DNA of 63,976 nt, counting the filler, from Octopus bimaculoides (lineage: Eukaryota): the NCBI RefSeq assembly GCF_001194135.2. It is 6 parts of 6 records of this genome, joined end to end, with 100 filler letters (N's around TTAATTAATTAA, not from the genome) between each part and the next. Parts side by side here need not be neighbours in the genome. Positions count along the whole stretch, not along the records: positions 21,905 to 48,975 come from NC_068994.1; 5 more parts are not named here. The stretch is one strand, 5' to 3'. The notes under the pieces were generated by a model. The model had not been told where the DNA came from. It worked only from the letters and a program-made list of their open reading frames with translations, and searched no databases. Positions 24,930 to 39,162 of this stretch are shown here, in pieces. Every line of letters starts with the position of its first letter. Within the stretch, counting starts at the first letter, position 1. The position numbers and the translations under genes were made by a program.

Positions 24930-26800
24930 CGGTTTGAACACCAGTAAACATCAGCGTAAACTTCAGATTAGTGGCGTTTTTAGGTATTTTCACAATATCT
25001 GCAGCAGGCTGTGTAGTATTTGACAGCGCTACTTATAATTGTCCACGTACAAATAGAAAGGATAGAACAATTTTACTCAGTGATTGATATTGAGATTTAT
25101 TGACTGTCACTGCGAAAGCCACTTCAACGGGAAGCTGTAATTACTTTAGAACGATCGACAGTGGAGTGTCAGAAGGTCGCAATTTAATTCTTGACACAAT
25201 GATATGTTTTCCATGATGGTTATATTTTATAACTAAGTTGTCTTCAATTATATATGCATGTATATGGGTTATTCTCATTCGTGTCCCGTTTGAAATTCTA
25301 TTGCCTTATTTAAGTTTCCCAATAGCATTACAAAACGTTCGTTTTCCAAGTTCAAAATAATCGGTAATCGGGAGACATTTTTGTCAAAGTTATTGTTGTT
25401 TAGAAACTCCAATCGGAGAGATTAATGTTTTAACTATCTCTCCACTTGTTGACAATGTTTTTATTTCTAAAAGAACAGCAGTGGTAGAGTAGAGTACTGT
25501 TCGGATTGATCTGTTCATAATCCAGTAGGATGCCAAACACTTTGTTTCTCTAGCTTGGAACAAATAATCATCCCTGTCAAACTTCTCGAGTCAGCTTCGG
25601 CCAAAATGAAGAAGGGATCTTAACTATGCCTTTCCCATTTTCTTTTAACTGTAAAAAATATTTGCCGAAAATCCTCTAAAAATGACATGTTCATGTCGCC
25701 AAAACGGATGTCATTTTGTCAATGGCTACAAATGAGCTATCATGAGTGGTGTGGTTGCTCCTAACAGATGATATTACAGTCTCGAATTAATTTCTTTACT
25801 TGTTTGTTATTGGTATCAGAGCTTGAAACAGAATCTGATTCAATGCTAACTAGAATGTAGTAAGTTGGGTGAGATATAAAAACAGTTTAGTTGAGAAACA
25901 TATCGAGTCTTATAAATACAGTTGATTCCACCATATGTCCATATGCTCAATGTGTGTTCTGCGTCAACCAGAATCATTAACAAAGAAAAGATGTGTACTT
26001 GGTTGTTGTTCAGTTTCATCTTCATTAAGATGTCTAAAATATATCGCCTGCTTGTAGTTGAATGTTTCTTTCTAACTGTTAGCTTCAATTTTCTGTATGC
26101 TGTAGTTGGCAATGACCGTAGGTGGTTCAGAAGAGCACTGCTGCATCTAGTACAGACAACTCGTGAATGAGCTGATGAAAGGAAATTCCATTGCGATGAA
26201 AGAAAATTTTCAGATGAAGACATCTATGTAAGCTGATGCTCTTCTGCCAAAAATAACTTATAATTTTTGAAAGAACCCCAGTTTAACTGAAATTTCACAA
26301 AGCAACAAAATTGAAATAAACACATCTCAAATTTGTGACGCAGAAGGGGTTCCAAATTCACAAACAATACGCGTATCTCCATCAGAATCATCATCAGACT
26401 TGCAAGACACATCTGTAAAACTGCTTTCTTGTAGAGTTGGCATTGCTGCTCGACCAAGGCTTTCGAGAATGAGCATGCCTCAGGCTTATAAAGTAAAATC
26501 CTATGCAGATGATATCGTTTAGAATATCAATTCTTTCATTTCACGTTTGTTTTCCCTTTGAGAGAGAATGTCTTCATTAGCACGTATCAATTGCTTTCGT
26601 TCCCGATCAGATTATGGAATTCACTGACACCTCTTTGTAGTCATCTTGCATGTGAATGAAATGAAATTATTAATCATGAAATAGAAAATCATTGGAACAA
26701 ATATGGAATCATATTGAATTTCTATGAAATTCAACCAAATCTCGCTGCACACAAGTGGAGCAGGTGAAATAAAGTCAAATTAATTGTTTCCCCAATTTCA
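24930..26800 (-). mobile_element. Helitron RepHel fossil (Pif1-like helicase half), heavily decayed
   Basis: Motifs recovered in order across frames: RYHLHRILL, SQI*DVFISILLLCE, LFFVNDSG*RRT (Walker A remnant), LIRDCNII, FGDMNMSFLEDFRQIF, VMLLGNLN, NGTRMRI, IVSRIKLRPSDTP, LQLPVEVAFAVTVNKSQ, GQL*VALS. Boundaries are approximate. Confidence 0.85.
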
Positions 26801-26857
26801 TTTCTGGATAACACCTCCCTCACACATATGCACATACACACATACACACACATAAAT

Positions 26858-26908
<51 letters not shown>

Positions 26909-27094
26909 ATGATAATAATAATAACATATGTATATATATATATATATGTGTGTGTGTANNNNNNNNNNNNNNNNNNNNNNNNNNNNNNNNNNNNNNNNNN
27001 NNNNNNNNNNNNNNNNNNNNNNNNNNNNNNNNNNNNNNNNNNNNNNNNNNNNNNNNNNNNNNNNNNNNNNNNNNNNNNNNNNNNNNNNNNNNNN

Positions 27095-27285
27095 CCGCAA
27101 GGGGGTGGTGGTGACCCCTGTTGTACTCTTTCGCCCCAACTTTCTCTCACTCTTTCTTCCTGTTTCTTGAGTCACACTGCGATGGACTGGCGTCCCGTCC
27201 AGCTGGGGGGGGGGGACACATACGCCATAGAAACCGGGAAACCGGGCCCATGAGCCTAGCTAGGCTTTAATCGGCCGCATAAAAA
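27095..27285 (+). mobile_element. SINE 3' fragment with V-SINE/DANA-like motif
   Basis: GCGATGGACTGGCGTCCCGTCCAG resembles the V-SINE/DANA 3' block as I recall it. Single copy in the window. Confidence 0.45.
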
Positions 27286-28474
27286 AATTTTAAATGTAAG
27301 AGATCAGTTTTGCATCAAATTATTCATAAAGGTCAAGGTCATTGTAACCGTTTTACATTAAATTATACATGAAAGTCAAAGTCAAACATAACAGGTACAC
27401 AAAACGCAGAATATTTTATTAATACTGATTGCATTTGTGACTGTTTTTGTTGTTTTTCTTGCCAATATTCGAATGCAAAAAAGAAAAAAAAACAACCTAA
27501 TACCAACTATGATTATCACTGGCCTATAAATATTTCTAGATGTCAACAAGGACATCTTGAGTTGTCTTTTGTGAGATGCTTTTTGTTACAGGAATGAGGG
27601 GGGAAAGCAAAAGACCGCGCGCCCGAGCGCCCGCACACACGCACATACACACACAATGATGTTTTAACCATGTATATTGTAAGTATTGCTGTCAGCGCCC
27701 TCCCACTTTTTAAACAGGAAATTAGTGACTGTCATGTGTGATCATGACCTAAAAGTACTACGGATGGGTAAAGTCTGTTCAGTATAAAAGTGGTAAGATT
27801 ATCCGGGCTGAAGCCGCCAGCAACCGAACCTATTTGAAATTAGCGAAGTTTGGTAAAGCTGCCCGGTAACTATCTGCTCCTTAGCCGGACTTTACTGAAT
27901 TGTAACTATGTCGAACAGCTATCATTCCGACTGGGGACTGATCTGGCTATCAGCTGCAATTACGGAGAAGATCAACTCGCCACGTTTTGAAGGCGAGCTT
28001 TTTATACTTCCCTCTCGAACCAAGCCTTCATCTTCAGTTAGCAGTTCAGGGGTAAGTTGTAGAAGAGGTTTTTACCTTCTAAAAAGCTTTTAAAGTTAGT
28101 GAAAGTGGCGAATGGCCCCAATCGATAAAAAAAATGAAAGAAAATTGGCAAAAAGGAATGTAAGAAAGTAACTGACTCTGATGCGACGAGGTAATACAGA
28201 GTTTGTCTATATGCTTGGCATTACTTTATTGTGAATGATATTTGTGTTTTATCTAATCGTCTATCTTGTGTTATAATTTTCTACTTTCCTATCCACCTTC
28301 ATTTCCATCTCTACTCTGGCTTCTCTTTCCAAACAGATCCTCAGATGGCTAAGGTTTTGACTGAGGAGAAAAGTATCTTATATACTTTCTTCGTAATAAA
28401 TATTACTTTCATTTGAAGTGCTTGCGTCCTCCTCCCCCTCCTCCTCCTCCTCCTCCTCATCATCATCATCATCA

Positions 28475-28507
<33 letters not shown>

Positions 28508-28561
28508 TTGTCACCATCGCCATGATTATCAGCTGACTTTAATCAAAACGTTTTGAAGCAT

Positions 28562-28566
28562 TACAA

Positions 28567-28646
<80 letters not shown>

Positions 28647-28696
28647 TACTGATAATAATAATGATAATAATAACAATAATGAGAATAATAATAATG

Positions 28697-28757
<61 letters not shown>

Positions 28758-28971
28758 TATCCNNNNNNNNNNNNNNNNNNNNNNNNNNNNNNNNNNNNNN
28801 NNNNNNNNNNNNNNNNNNNNNNNNNNNNNNNNNNNNNNNNNNNNNNNNNNNNNNNNNNNNNNNNNNNNNNNNNNNNNNNNNNNNNNNNNNNNNNNNNNNN
28901 NNNNNNNNNNNNNNNNNNNNNNNNNNNNNNNNNNNNNNNNNNNNNNNNNNNNNNNNNNNNNNNNNNNNNNN

Positions 28972-29028
<57 letters not shown>

Positions 29029-29052
29029 TAATAATAATAATAATAATAATGA

Positions 29053-29088
<36 letters not shown>

Positions 29089-29108
29089 TGATGATGATGA
29101 TGATAATG

Positions 29109-29165
<57 letters not shown>
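28562..29165. repeat. (AAT)n microsatellite, gap-containing
   Basis: Directly visible; source of the poly-I/N/L/Y ORFs. Confidence 0.98.
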
Positions 29166-29169
<4 letters not shown>

Positions 29170-29479
29170 TATCCGCAATCATTTTGAAATGACAATTGTA
29201 ACAAGAACATGAGAGTAGTAACAACAGAAACAGGAACAATCAGTACCACAACAACAGCAACAACAACAACAACTCTATAAGAAGCAATAAACCGTCAAAA
29301 ATCTATAGAATCAAAACCGGATAAGGAACGTGTGTCTTTTACACATTTTCATAGCAGGAACCTTTAAAGCTAAGCCCCGGGTAACAACGTTATATAATTA
29401 ATGCGTTGACCACCTGGAATGGAGGATGGCGGGAAAGTGATGGGATTGTAATACACCTTGCAGTCTCTCTTCACCTGCA

Positions 29480-29542
29480 CCTCTGTATCTTTTCTCTCTC
29501 TCTATCTATCTCTGTTTCTACCTTTATCTCTCTCTCTCTCTA

Positions 29543-29576
<34 letters not shown>

Positions 29577-30102
29577 CCTCTTTCCCTTTCTGTCTCTTCC
29601 TCTCTCTTTCTCTCTTTCTATTTCTCACTCAAGTTCCTACTCTCTTACTTTATATAACTTCTCTCTTCTTCTCTGTCTCTCTCTCACTTTCTCTCTCGTT
29701 CCCTCCCTCTCTCCTTCTCTCTCCATCTCTTTCTGTCTCTGTCTGTCAGTCTCTCTCTCTTTCCCTTTCTCTCTCTTCCCCTCTCTCTCTCTTGCACTCT
29801 TTCTATTTCTCACTCAAGTTCCTTCTCTCTTACTTTCTGTAACTTCTCTCTTCATCTCTGTCTCTCCCTCTCTCTCACTTTCTCTCTCGTTCCCTCCCTC
29901 TCTCCTTCTCTTTCCATCTCTCTCTGTCTCTGTCTCTCTGTCTCTCTTTCCCTTTCTCTCTCTTCCTCTCTCTCTCTCTCTCTTTCTATTTCCCACTCAA
30001 GTTTCTAGTCTCTTACTTTCTAAACTTCTATCTTCTCTCTCTCTCTCTCTTTTCTCTCCATCTCTTTCTGTCTCTGTCCGTCTGTATCTCTCTCTCTATC
30101 TA

Positions 30103-30142
<40 letters not shown>
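29480..30142. repeat. CT-rich region with ~185-bp higher-order tandem period (about 2.5-3 copies)
   Basis: CTCTTTCTATTTC.CACTCAAGTT.CT recurs at ~29613, ~29798 and ~29982 within (CT)n-derived sequence. Confidence 0.8.
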
Positions 30143-30147
<5 letters not shown>

Positions 30148-33038
30148 CCCCACGGCGACATTATAAAGGTCAAGTTATTAGAGATAACTTGAATGATGTA
30201 TTGTTTTGTGTGTGTGTGCGTGTGTGTCTGTCTGTCTATTCGTGAGGGCGTGTGTGCATATGTGTTTGTTGTATGATGTGTGCGTGGTGTGGTGAGTGTG
30301 CTGTGGTGTGCTGGTGGTGGTGGTGGTGATGGTTGAGGTGGTGATGATGGTGGCGATATGCGTGGTGTGGTGGTGAAAGCATGTACATGTGTGTGTGTGC
30401 ATGTGTGTGCGTGTGTGCTGTGTATATGTGTTTGCAATGTGACGTGTATGTGTGTGATGTGGCGTGGTTTGTATGGTCAGTATCATGTATTTTGTTGTTG
30501 TAATAGTTGCAGTTGTTGTTGCCGTTGGTGGTGGTGTGGTAGTGGCGGAAGGGATGTTCTGTATGTATGTATGTGTCTATGTATGTATGTATGCATATGT
30601 ATGTATGTATGTATGTATGTACGTGTCTATGTGTACATTGTATGTATGTATGTGTGTATGTATGTATGTATGTATGTTTGTAAGTATGTATGTATGTATG
30701 TATGCTTGTATGTATGTATGTATTTTGTGTGTGTATGTGTGTTTGCGCGCGCATGCGTGCTTGTGTCTGTGTGTGTGTGCCTATATTCATTATTCTGGAT
30801 GATGAGCTTCGAGAGTTTAGTCAAGATGCATGTAATGAGTGCAACGATATCAACTAGAGAAGATAGAACAGAGGGCGGGAATATAAAACACGGGAGAGGG
30901 ATATCTTAATACAAACGGGAGACACCGAACAGCGAGAGGTTCGAGGATACACGGAAGGTATCGGTAGGAGAGAAGAGTGGGAGATATATGGAGGATATCT
31001 TATCCGGGCGGATACCGTGGTGACTCTCAGTTATGTTCCACGTTACGGCTAACCGCATCGATTAGTATTTGACGTCTGTGACAACTAGGAGTATTATCAC
31101 TCACCCTATAAACTCCTCCGATGGGTGATTCCGTGTTCGCTTCACTGGGTAGTAATATTATCTGGGGTGTATATTAGCAATAATTGTAACGATAGAGAAT
31201 ATGGAAACTTGTTCATCCTCAAAATATATTTCCTTTTGTTTTACAATTCCGTACTGCATATTTTATGGTTATGACGACCTACATGTGTCTACACTGCACA
31301 GAGTATGAGCAGTTGCACTTGCAACCGGGTATAATTTCCTGCGCAGCCTCGCTGAGGGTCTTTCGCGAACATATGTATGAACGAATGAACATAGGTATGC
31401 ATACATACATGTATGTATGTATGTATGTATGTATGTATGTATGTATGTATGTATGTATGTGGAAGAGGCCAAATCATGAGTCATCTATTGGTTTCACTAT
31501 CGCTGTATTTGGTTTGCTGTTTGGATGATTTGATATCTAACACAAAGAACGTGTCAAACTGTGTGAAAAACAAAATTGGAAAGCTTGAATATTTACGCGA
31601 AGTACTAATAAACTGCGGTTTGATGTCTGGCAAACTCTCGTTCAGTCAATCACTTACGTGTACCAAGCTAAAAAGTTTTGCTTTCAGAATCACCAGCACT
31701 AGAAATAAGCCATGAAATTATATAATGTAAAGTAAATACCGAAATACATCAAAATATCAAAGTGTTACTCGAAATTGATTGTCTAATCAAAGAATTCATA
31801 TGTCTGTCCAATCAAACCAAATTTCACATTTCTCATATTTATTTACTGTGAAAGACATTCTCAAATTACATAACTATAGAATTATAAAAACATCAAATTA
31901 TGATACGATGAAATTATAGAGTTATAGAGTTATGTAAAGAGGAACTAAATTACAAGTTGGGTGAGAAAGTTTCATGTAGAATATTTCTGAATATATAATC
32001 AACTAAAATCAGCAATTTTCTCTTGGCCACCGCATATGAGAGACAGACACTGTGTGTGTGTGTGTGTAAGTGAGTGAGTGTGTGTGCTTGTGTGTGTATG
32101 TTTATACATACGCAATCGCCCACGCACAGATAGTAATATTGTGTTCATAGGGACCTTAAGTTTCGTTTAACGATTTATTCAACTAAAGTGGTTGAATAAG
32201 CCGTTAGGCAAAACTTCAATCCTCAATCAACAAGAAATTTAGAATAAATTTGACTCTACTCTAAGTATCGAGCCCCGTCACCAACATTAAATATTCCCCT
32301 TAATATTCTTAAACTTGTTTAAAACTAATCAGGCCTGAAATTTCCTGAAATTTTCAGGGAAGGGGCTTGTCAAATACATCAACTTTAGTGCTCAATTAGC
32401 ACATATTTTATCGACCCCAAAAGGAGGAAATGTAATGTCGACGTCGGCAGAATTTGAACTTAGAACGTAACGAGTAGAAAGAAATGCCGCTAACTATTTT
32501 CTCTGACGCGGTAAAGATTCTGTCAGTTCTCCGCCATATTTGCTTTAAAATAATATATATTCTGACATTCATTAACATTCTCATTTCAAATTCTATTCAG
32601 GTAGATTTTGAGTTCCATTTCTCTCTCGTCCCTAGTCCATATATTGATTATTAAAGGGATTCGAATTTCTCCTTGATTGACTATCAAACAAAAATAATTA
32701 AAAATATAACAGTTAATAAGTACGCAATGAATGCAAATCACGGTTTCTAATTTCGGTATAAGACCATCAAATTTAAGTAGAAAGAGCCAGCCAACAACAT
32801 CGATCCTAGTACTTTATTTTATTACCCAAGAAAACTTGAAAGACAAAGTAAACCTTCGCGGGATTTGAACTCAAAATCTAAAGAGTAAGAAAATATAAAA
32901 ACAAACGAAATTATTCCGACTTTCTAATTATACTACCATCACACCACTTTGACGGACATTCACATAATGATTACGTGCGTCATTTTCAAGATTCCAAATG
33001 AGAATGAAATGATATCATAAACGGCTACTTTGATGATG

Positions 33039-33076
<38 letters not shown>

Positions 33077-33465
33077 GAATAATAATTAACAATTTATATT
33101 CAATAAGATGTATGCTCTTCTATCTCTTTTCACGGGCGCAGGCGTGGCCGCATGGTAAAAAAACTTCCCAACGGCATCGTTCCGGATTCAATCCCACTGC
33201 GTGTCACCTTGATCAAATGTCTTCTACTAAAGACTTCAGGCCAACCAAAGCTTTGTGAGGGGAGGGAAGTAAGTCGACTGAATCGACTCCAGTGCTTTAC
33301 TAGCACTTCTTTCATGAAAACCGAATGAAAAAGTGCACCTCGGCTGAGTTCGAACTCAGAATGTAAAGACGAAAGATTTGTTGCCAAGCATTTCTGTCAG
33401 TATGCTAACGATTCTGCCAGGACGCCACCTCCTCTTCAAACACTAATAATAGTGGTACAGTATAT

Positions 33466-33864
33466 ATTCTTTTCTACTCTAGGCACAAGGCCCGAAATTT
33501 TGGGGGAGGGGGTCAGTCGAATAGATCGACCCCAGTGCGAAACTGGTACTTAATTTATCCACCCCGAAAGGATGAAAGGCAAAGTCGACCTCGACGGAAT
33601 CTCAACTCAGTACGTAAAGACAGACGAAATACCTATTTCGTTATTGCCCACAAGGGGCTAAACATAGAGGGAACAAACAAGAACAGACGAACGGATTAAG
33701 TCTATTACATCGACCCCAGTGCGCAACTGGTACTTAATTTATCGACCCCGAAAGGATGAAAGGCAAAGTCGACCTCGGCGGAATTTGAACTCAGAGCGTA
33801 ACGGCAGACGAAATACCGCTAAGCATTTCGCCCGGCGCGCTAACGTTTCTGCCAGCTCGCCGCC
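33466..33864 (-). mobile_element. SINE family B dimer (head-body-tailB-body-tailA)
   Basis: The body (...GGTATTTCGTCTG...) is repeated. The inner unit 33634-33817 ends in the Tx1-like tail and abuts GGTATTTCG of the outer copy. Confidence 0.85.
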
Positions 33865-34414
33865 TTTGTTAGAGCATATGTTGTGACATTGACCACATAC
33901 ATCGCTATAGCGTTTAATCAGTATTCTTTTCTACTCCAGGCCGAAAGAAGAATATTCCTACTCTAGGCACAAGGACTTGAAAATTTGGGGGAAGTGGGGG
34001 ATAGTCGACTACATCGACCCCAGTGTTTCACTGGAATTTATTTCATCGACCCTAATTTGAAATCAATATTACAATATGTATTTTAAAAAACGAGCGCATC
34101 TGCTGATATAGATTTATATCACTTATATAACGAAACTGGAGGTTTGCTTTAGATCAAGCACAGTCCAAGATGTTTATACAGCAGTAATTCTGTATCTTTT
34201 CTTCTTTTAATATTATTTCGTTTTGTCCTGTGTTATTTTATTATTTTATTTTTTGGTTTTGTGTTTTAATAAGAAACCTTTCAATTTCTATGTTATTGAC
34301 GTAACTGTGAAAATGAAGTGGCTTTCCACTCGCTTTAATTAAAATATTCCTTTCTGTGCCTGTCTACAATTATTGGCTCTTTGGAGATGTTAACCTAACA
34401 AACTGAACAACACA

Positions 34415-36357
34415 CGTAATTTAGTGTGTGGTGAGGTGAGCGCGCGCGCGTGTGTGTGTGTGTGTGTGTGTATGAGCACGTGTGTGTGTGCATGCGCACG
34501 TTTGTGTAAGTGTGATCGTGAGTGTGCATGTATGTCTGCATGTATGTATGTGTATGTATGTATGTATGTATGTATGTATGTGAGTGTGCATGTATGTATG
34601 TGTGTATCTGCGTATTTGTGTGTATGTGTGGTGGTGTGAGTGGTGTGTACGTTTTTGTGAGTATGTGTACGTGTTTGCGTATGTGTTCGTGTGTGCGAGT
34701 TTTGCGTGTCTGCGTGTTTACCTGTGTATCTGTGTGTTCGTGCATGTGTGTGTGTGTGTGTGTGTATGTGTGTGTGTATGTGTGCGTGAGTGTGTGTGTG
34801 TATGTGGGTAGGTGTGTGTCTCTGACTGCATGCGTGATCGAGTGTGTTTCTTTGTGGCTTTGTGTGCTGTGTGCTGTGTGTTCGTGTGTGCCTTTGAGTG
34901 TTTGTGTGTGTTTATGTGTGTGTGTGTGTGTTCGTGTATATGTGTATACTCGTGGTAATGTGTGCGCCTGTGTATGTGTACGTATGTGTTCGTGTATGTA
35001 CTTTTGTGCGTGTGAAGAGTATTGTTTGTCCGAATGTGACTTCGTGCCATTCTCTGAGAGACAGATCGAGTTGTGCGATCATGCGGATGAGTTTGTGCGT
35101 ATGTTTGTGTGTGTGTGTGCATGTGTGGTTCATGTATGCATGTATGTATGTGTGCGTATTTGTGTATACGTGTGTGTATGCGTACTTTCCTCCGTGTGCA
35201 TTTCTGTATGAGAAAGTGTTGTGCAAATGATGCGTGTGTTTCCGTGTGAGAGAGGTGAGGTGTGTGCGTGTGTGTATGTACGTGCGAGTGTGTGTGTGTA
35301 TGTGCGTGCGTGTATGTGCGTGTGTGTGTGTGTGCAATGTGTGTGTGTGCGTGTGCGTTCGCACGCGTACGTATATATATGCGTGAGTGTGTGCATTTGT
35401 GTGTGCGTTCGTGTGTGTTTGTGTTTACGTGTGAGTGCGCGTGTGTGTGCGTGCATGTATGTGCATGCATGTGTAAGTAGGTGTTTGTGTGTGTGTGTGC
35501 GTATGTTTGTATACATGTGTGTGTGTGAGCGTGTGTGTATGTGTGTGAATGTGTGCATGTTATTGCGTGTGTATACTCTTGTGTGTGGTGTCTGTACATG
35601 TGTATGGTTGTAAAAATCTGTGTGTGGTTCGTGTGTGTTGTTTTGTGTGTATGCGTGCGTGTGTATGAGTGTGAATGTGAGGGATTGTGCGTGCGTGTCT
35701 GGCTTGCGTGTGACAAAGATAGGCTTTGTGGCTTACACGTGAGAGAAATATAGTACGGTGTGTGTATATGTGAGTGTGTGTGTATATGTGAGTGTGTGTG
35801 TCCGTGCAATTTTGAATGTGCATGTGAGTGTGCTTGCATTCATTTATGTATGTGTGCGCGGTTTTGCGTGTGTGTATACGTGTGTATACGTATGTGTGCG
35901 TATGCATGTGTGGTTTGTTTGATTTGGTTATTGATGTCTGGCGAGTTTATGTAAAAGGTGGTATGTATATGAGTATGTATGTATGTATGTATGTATGTAT
36001 GTATTTATGCATGTATGTGTGTGTATGTATGTGTGTGTGTGCATGTATAGACAGAAAAGGTGGTAAGTATATGTGTATATTTTATGTATGTACGTATGTA
36101 TATATGTGCGTATGTATGTGTGTGTGTGTGTGTATATGTGTGTAAGAGTGTTAGTGTGTGTGTGTGTGTGTAAGTGTGAATATGTGACTAGAATGGGACA
36201 TACATGTGTGTGAATATAAGCATATACATTTGTATATGCGTGTATTTGTCTTCGTATATAGGAGACGTGTCTTAGGTTTGCGAATGGTGAGTTTCCACAT
36301 ACGTATAAGAGCATGTGTATGTGTGTGTGCGTGTGTGCGTGTTTGCGTGTGTGGGTT

Positions 36358-36401
<44 letters not shown>

Positions 36402-36600
36402 TGTGTGTGTGTGTGTATAGTGGTCAGGTATAACTTGTAATACGTTTAAGTGCGTAATAAGTTTTAAAATCTTACTACAACACTTCGATTTGGTGATTTT
36501 GTGATTATATGTGCGCATGTGCGTGTGTTTGTGTAAGCGTATATGCTTGTGTGGGTGTGTGCGTGTGTGTGTAACTGGTTTCTGTGGAAATGATTTTGTG
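34415..36600. repeat. ~2.2-kb degenerate (GT)/(GTAT) cryptic microsatellite domain
   Basis: Directly visible; gives the Cys/Val and His/Thr ORFs. Confidence 0.95.
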
Positions 36601-37744
36601 TAGACAGGACTCATGTTAAAGTGTAGTGTATCTTTGCGAATGGGTACAGTTCTAACGAGCAGTGATTTGTTGCAATAAATATACGAATGGGTTTAGGCGC
36701 CGAGCCAGCAGAATTATTAGCACGCCAGGGCAAAGTGCTTAGCGTCGTTTTGTCTGTATCTGTTCTCTGAATTCAAATTCAATCGAGATTGACTTTGCCT
36801 TTCATCGTTTCCTAAAATTGATGACCCTGGACCAAAATTAGAAACCAATATATTAATGTATTTGCGACCTAGCAGAAATGTTAGCACGCCGGACGAAATG
36901 CTTAGCAGTATTTCGTTTGAGTTCAAATACTGCCGAGGTCAACATTGCTTTTCATCCTTTCGGGGTCGATTAAATAGGTATCAGTTACGCACTGGGGTCG
37001 ATATAATCGACTTAGTCCCCTATCTTTCCTTGTTTGTCCCCTCTATGTTTAGCCCACTGTGAGCAATAAAGAAATATATATATATATATATATACACCAA
37101 TGTCTCATTTGTTCCGGATCTTTACGTTGTGGGTTGAAATTCAGCCGAGGTTGACTTTCATCCTTTCGCAGACGATAAAATGAATACCAGTTGAGCATTG
37201 TAATCGATGTAATCATCTTGTCCTCCGACAAAATGTCAATCCTTTCGAAGAATAGAAATAATTCCTTACACTATAGACACAAGATCTGAAGTTTAGGTGG
37301 GAGGAAGAGGGAGAGTCGATTACATCGACTTCCAATGCTCGACCGGTACTTATTTCCTCGACCTCGAAACGATGAAAGACAAAGCAGACGTCAGTAACAT
37401 TCGAACTCAGAATGTACAGACCAGCGAAATGCCACTAAGCATTTTTTATTTTCTCCGTCGAGTTAACGATTCTGTGAAGATGCCGCCTTCCAATGGCAGA
37501 AATGATATTTAGCCTCGTTGTGAACAGTGAAAGATATGGTAGTTAAACCTCGAGTATATTTTTCTTGCTTTGATCAAAAAGAAGAGATCAACTTGTCTAG
37601 TTCAATTATTTTCGTTTCCTTCTTGCCTGCTCATGAAATGTCGGCTTTTCTCTTCTGATCATCCAGTGAAAAAAACAGCTTCATACTATCTATAAAATGC
37701 ATAAACTTGTATTAACCAAGGTTATTATACACAGTCAGACAGAC

Positions 37745-37746
37745 TT

Positions 37747-37831
<85 letters not shown>

Positions 37832-37880
37832 CAGGCAGACAGAAAGACAGACAGGCAGGCAGACAGGCAGGCAAACAGAC

Positions 37881-37926
<46 letters not shown>

Positions 37927-37928
37927 GC
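37745..37928. repeat. (GATA)n/(GACA)n microsatellite
   Basis: Directly visible. Confidence 0.98.
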
Positions 37929-38628
37929 NNNNNNNNNNNNNNNNNNNNNNNNNNNNNNNNNNNNNNNNNNNNNNNNNNNNNNNNNNNNNNNNNNNNNNNN
38001 NNNNNNNNNNNNNNNNNNNNNNNNNNNNNNNNNNNNNNNNNNNNNNNNNNNNNNNNNNNNNNNNNNNNNNNNNNNNNNNNNNNNNNNNNNNNNNNNNNNN
38101 NNNNNNNNNNNNNNNNNNNNNNNNNNNNNNNNNNNNNNNNNNNNNNNNNNNNNNNNNNNNNNNNNNNNNNNNNNNNNNNNNNNNNNNNNNNNNNNNNNNN
38201 NNNNNNNNNNNNNNNNNNNNNNNNNNNNNNNNNNNNNNNNNNNNNNNNNNNNNNNNNNNNNNNNNNNNNNNNNNNNNNNNNNNNNNNNNNNNNNNNNNNN
38301 NNNNNNNNNNNNNNNNNNNNNNNNNNNNNNNNNNNNNNNNNNNNNNNNNNNNNNNNNNNNNNNNNNNNNNNNNNNNNNNNNNNNNNNNNNNNNNNNNNNN
38401 NNNNNNNNNNNNNNNNNNNNNNNNNNNNNNNNNNNNNNNNNNNNNNNNNNNNNNNNNNNNNNNNNNNNNNNNNNNNNNNNNNNNNNNNNNNNNNNNNNNN
38501 NNNNNNNNNNNNNNNNNNNNNNNNNNNNNNNNNNNNNNNNNNNNNNNNNNNNNNNNNNNNNNNNNNNNNNNNNNNNNNNNNNNNNNNNNNNNNNNNNNNN
38601 NNNNNNNNNNNNNNNNNNNNNNNNNNNN

Positions 38629-38659
<31 letters not shown>

Positions 38660-38869
38660 TTTCTATCATCATTATATGTGAGTGTGTGTGCATGTGACGG
38701 TGTGTTTTTCTCTGTGTGTGTATGAATGCGTTTGAGTGGGTTTAGTGGAACTCAAACGTGTGACAGTCATGATTAATACTGAAATAATTTTAACATCAGC
38801 TCGAGCGATTATCAAGAATTAACGGCAATAATTCACGCGTTTAATAATCACACTTCCATTCAGTACCAC

Positions 38870-39118
38870 CACTACAAATGCTAAAACTACTGCCACCACC
38901 ACTACCAACACTACCACCAATACCACCGCAACTACTATCATCACTAACACTATCAACATCACGAAATGCTATCAACACAGCCATCAAGCTGAACTACCAC
39001 CACCACCACTGCCATTATTACTAACATCACTATTGACAAAACCATCATCATAATCCCCCATCATCTTCATCATCGTAGTCATTGTAGTCGTCGTCGTCGT
39101 CGTCGTCGTCGAGGTCGT

Positions 39119-39162
<44 letters not shown>

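Noticed and set aside
25846-26522. Two tandem minus-strand ORFs (77 and 125 aa) and an 84-codon plus-strand open frame (26271-26522) resembling a receptor tail
   Set aside because: Explained as shifted or antisense frames of the Helitron helicase fossil.
27768-27895. Weak nested inverted repeats
   Set aside because: The arms are short and mismatched, within chance expectation.
30840-31083. Possible solo LTR (TGCAAC...GTGACA)
   Set aside because: No TSD, PBS or PPT, and no second copy.
34395-36433. Long Cys/Val- and His/Thr-rich ORFs (up to 373 aa), and similar ones at 9391-9794, 30236-30909 and 56314-57755
   Set aside because: They are translations of (GT)n/(CA)n/(TATG)n repeats, open in many frames on both strands.
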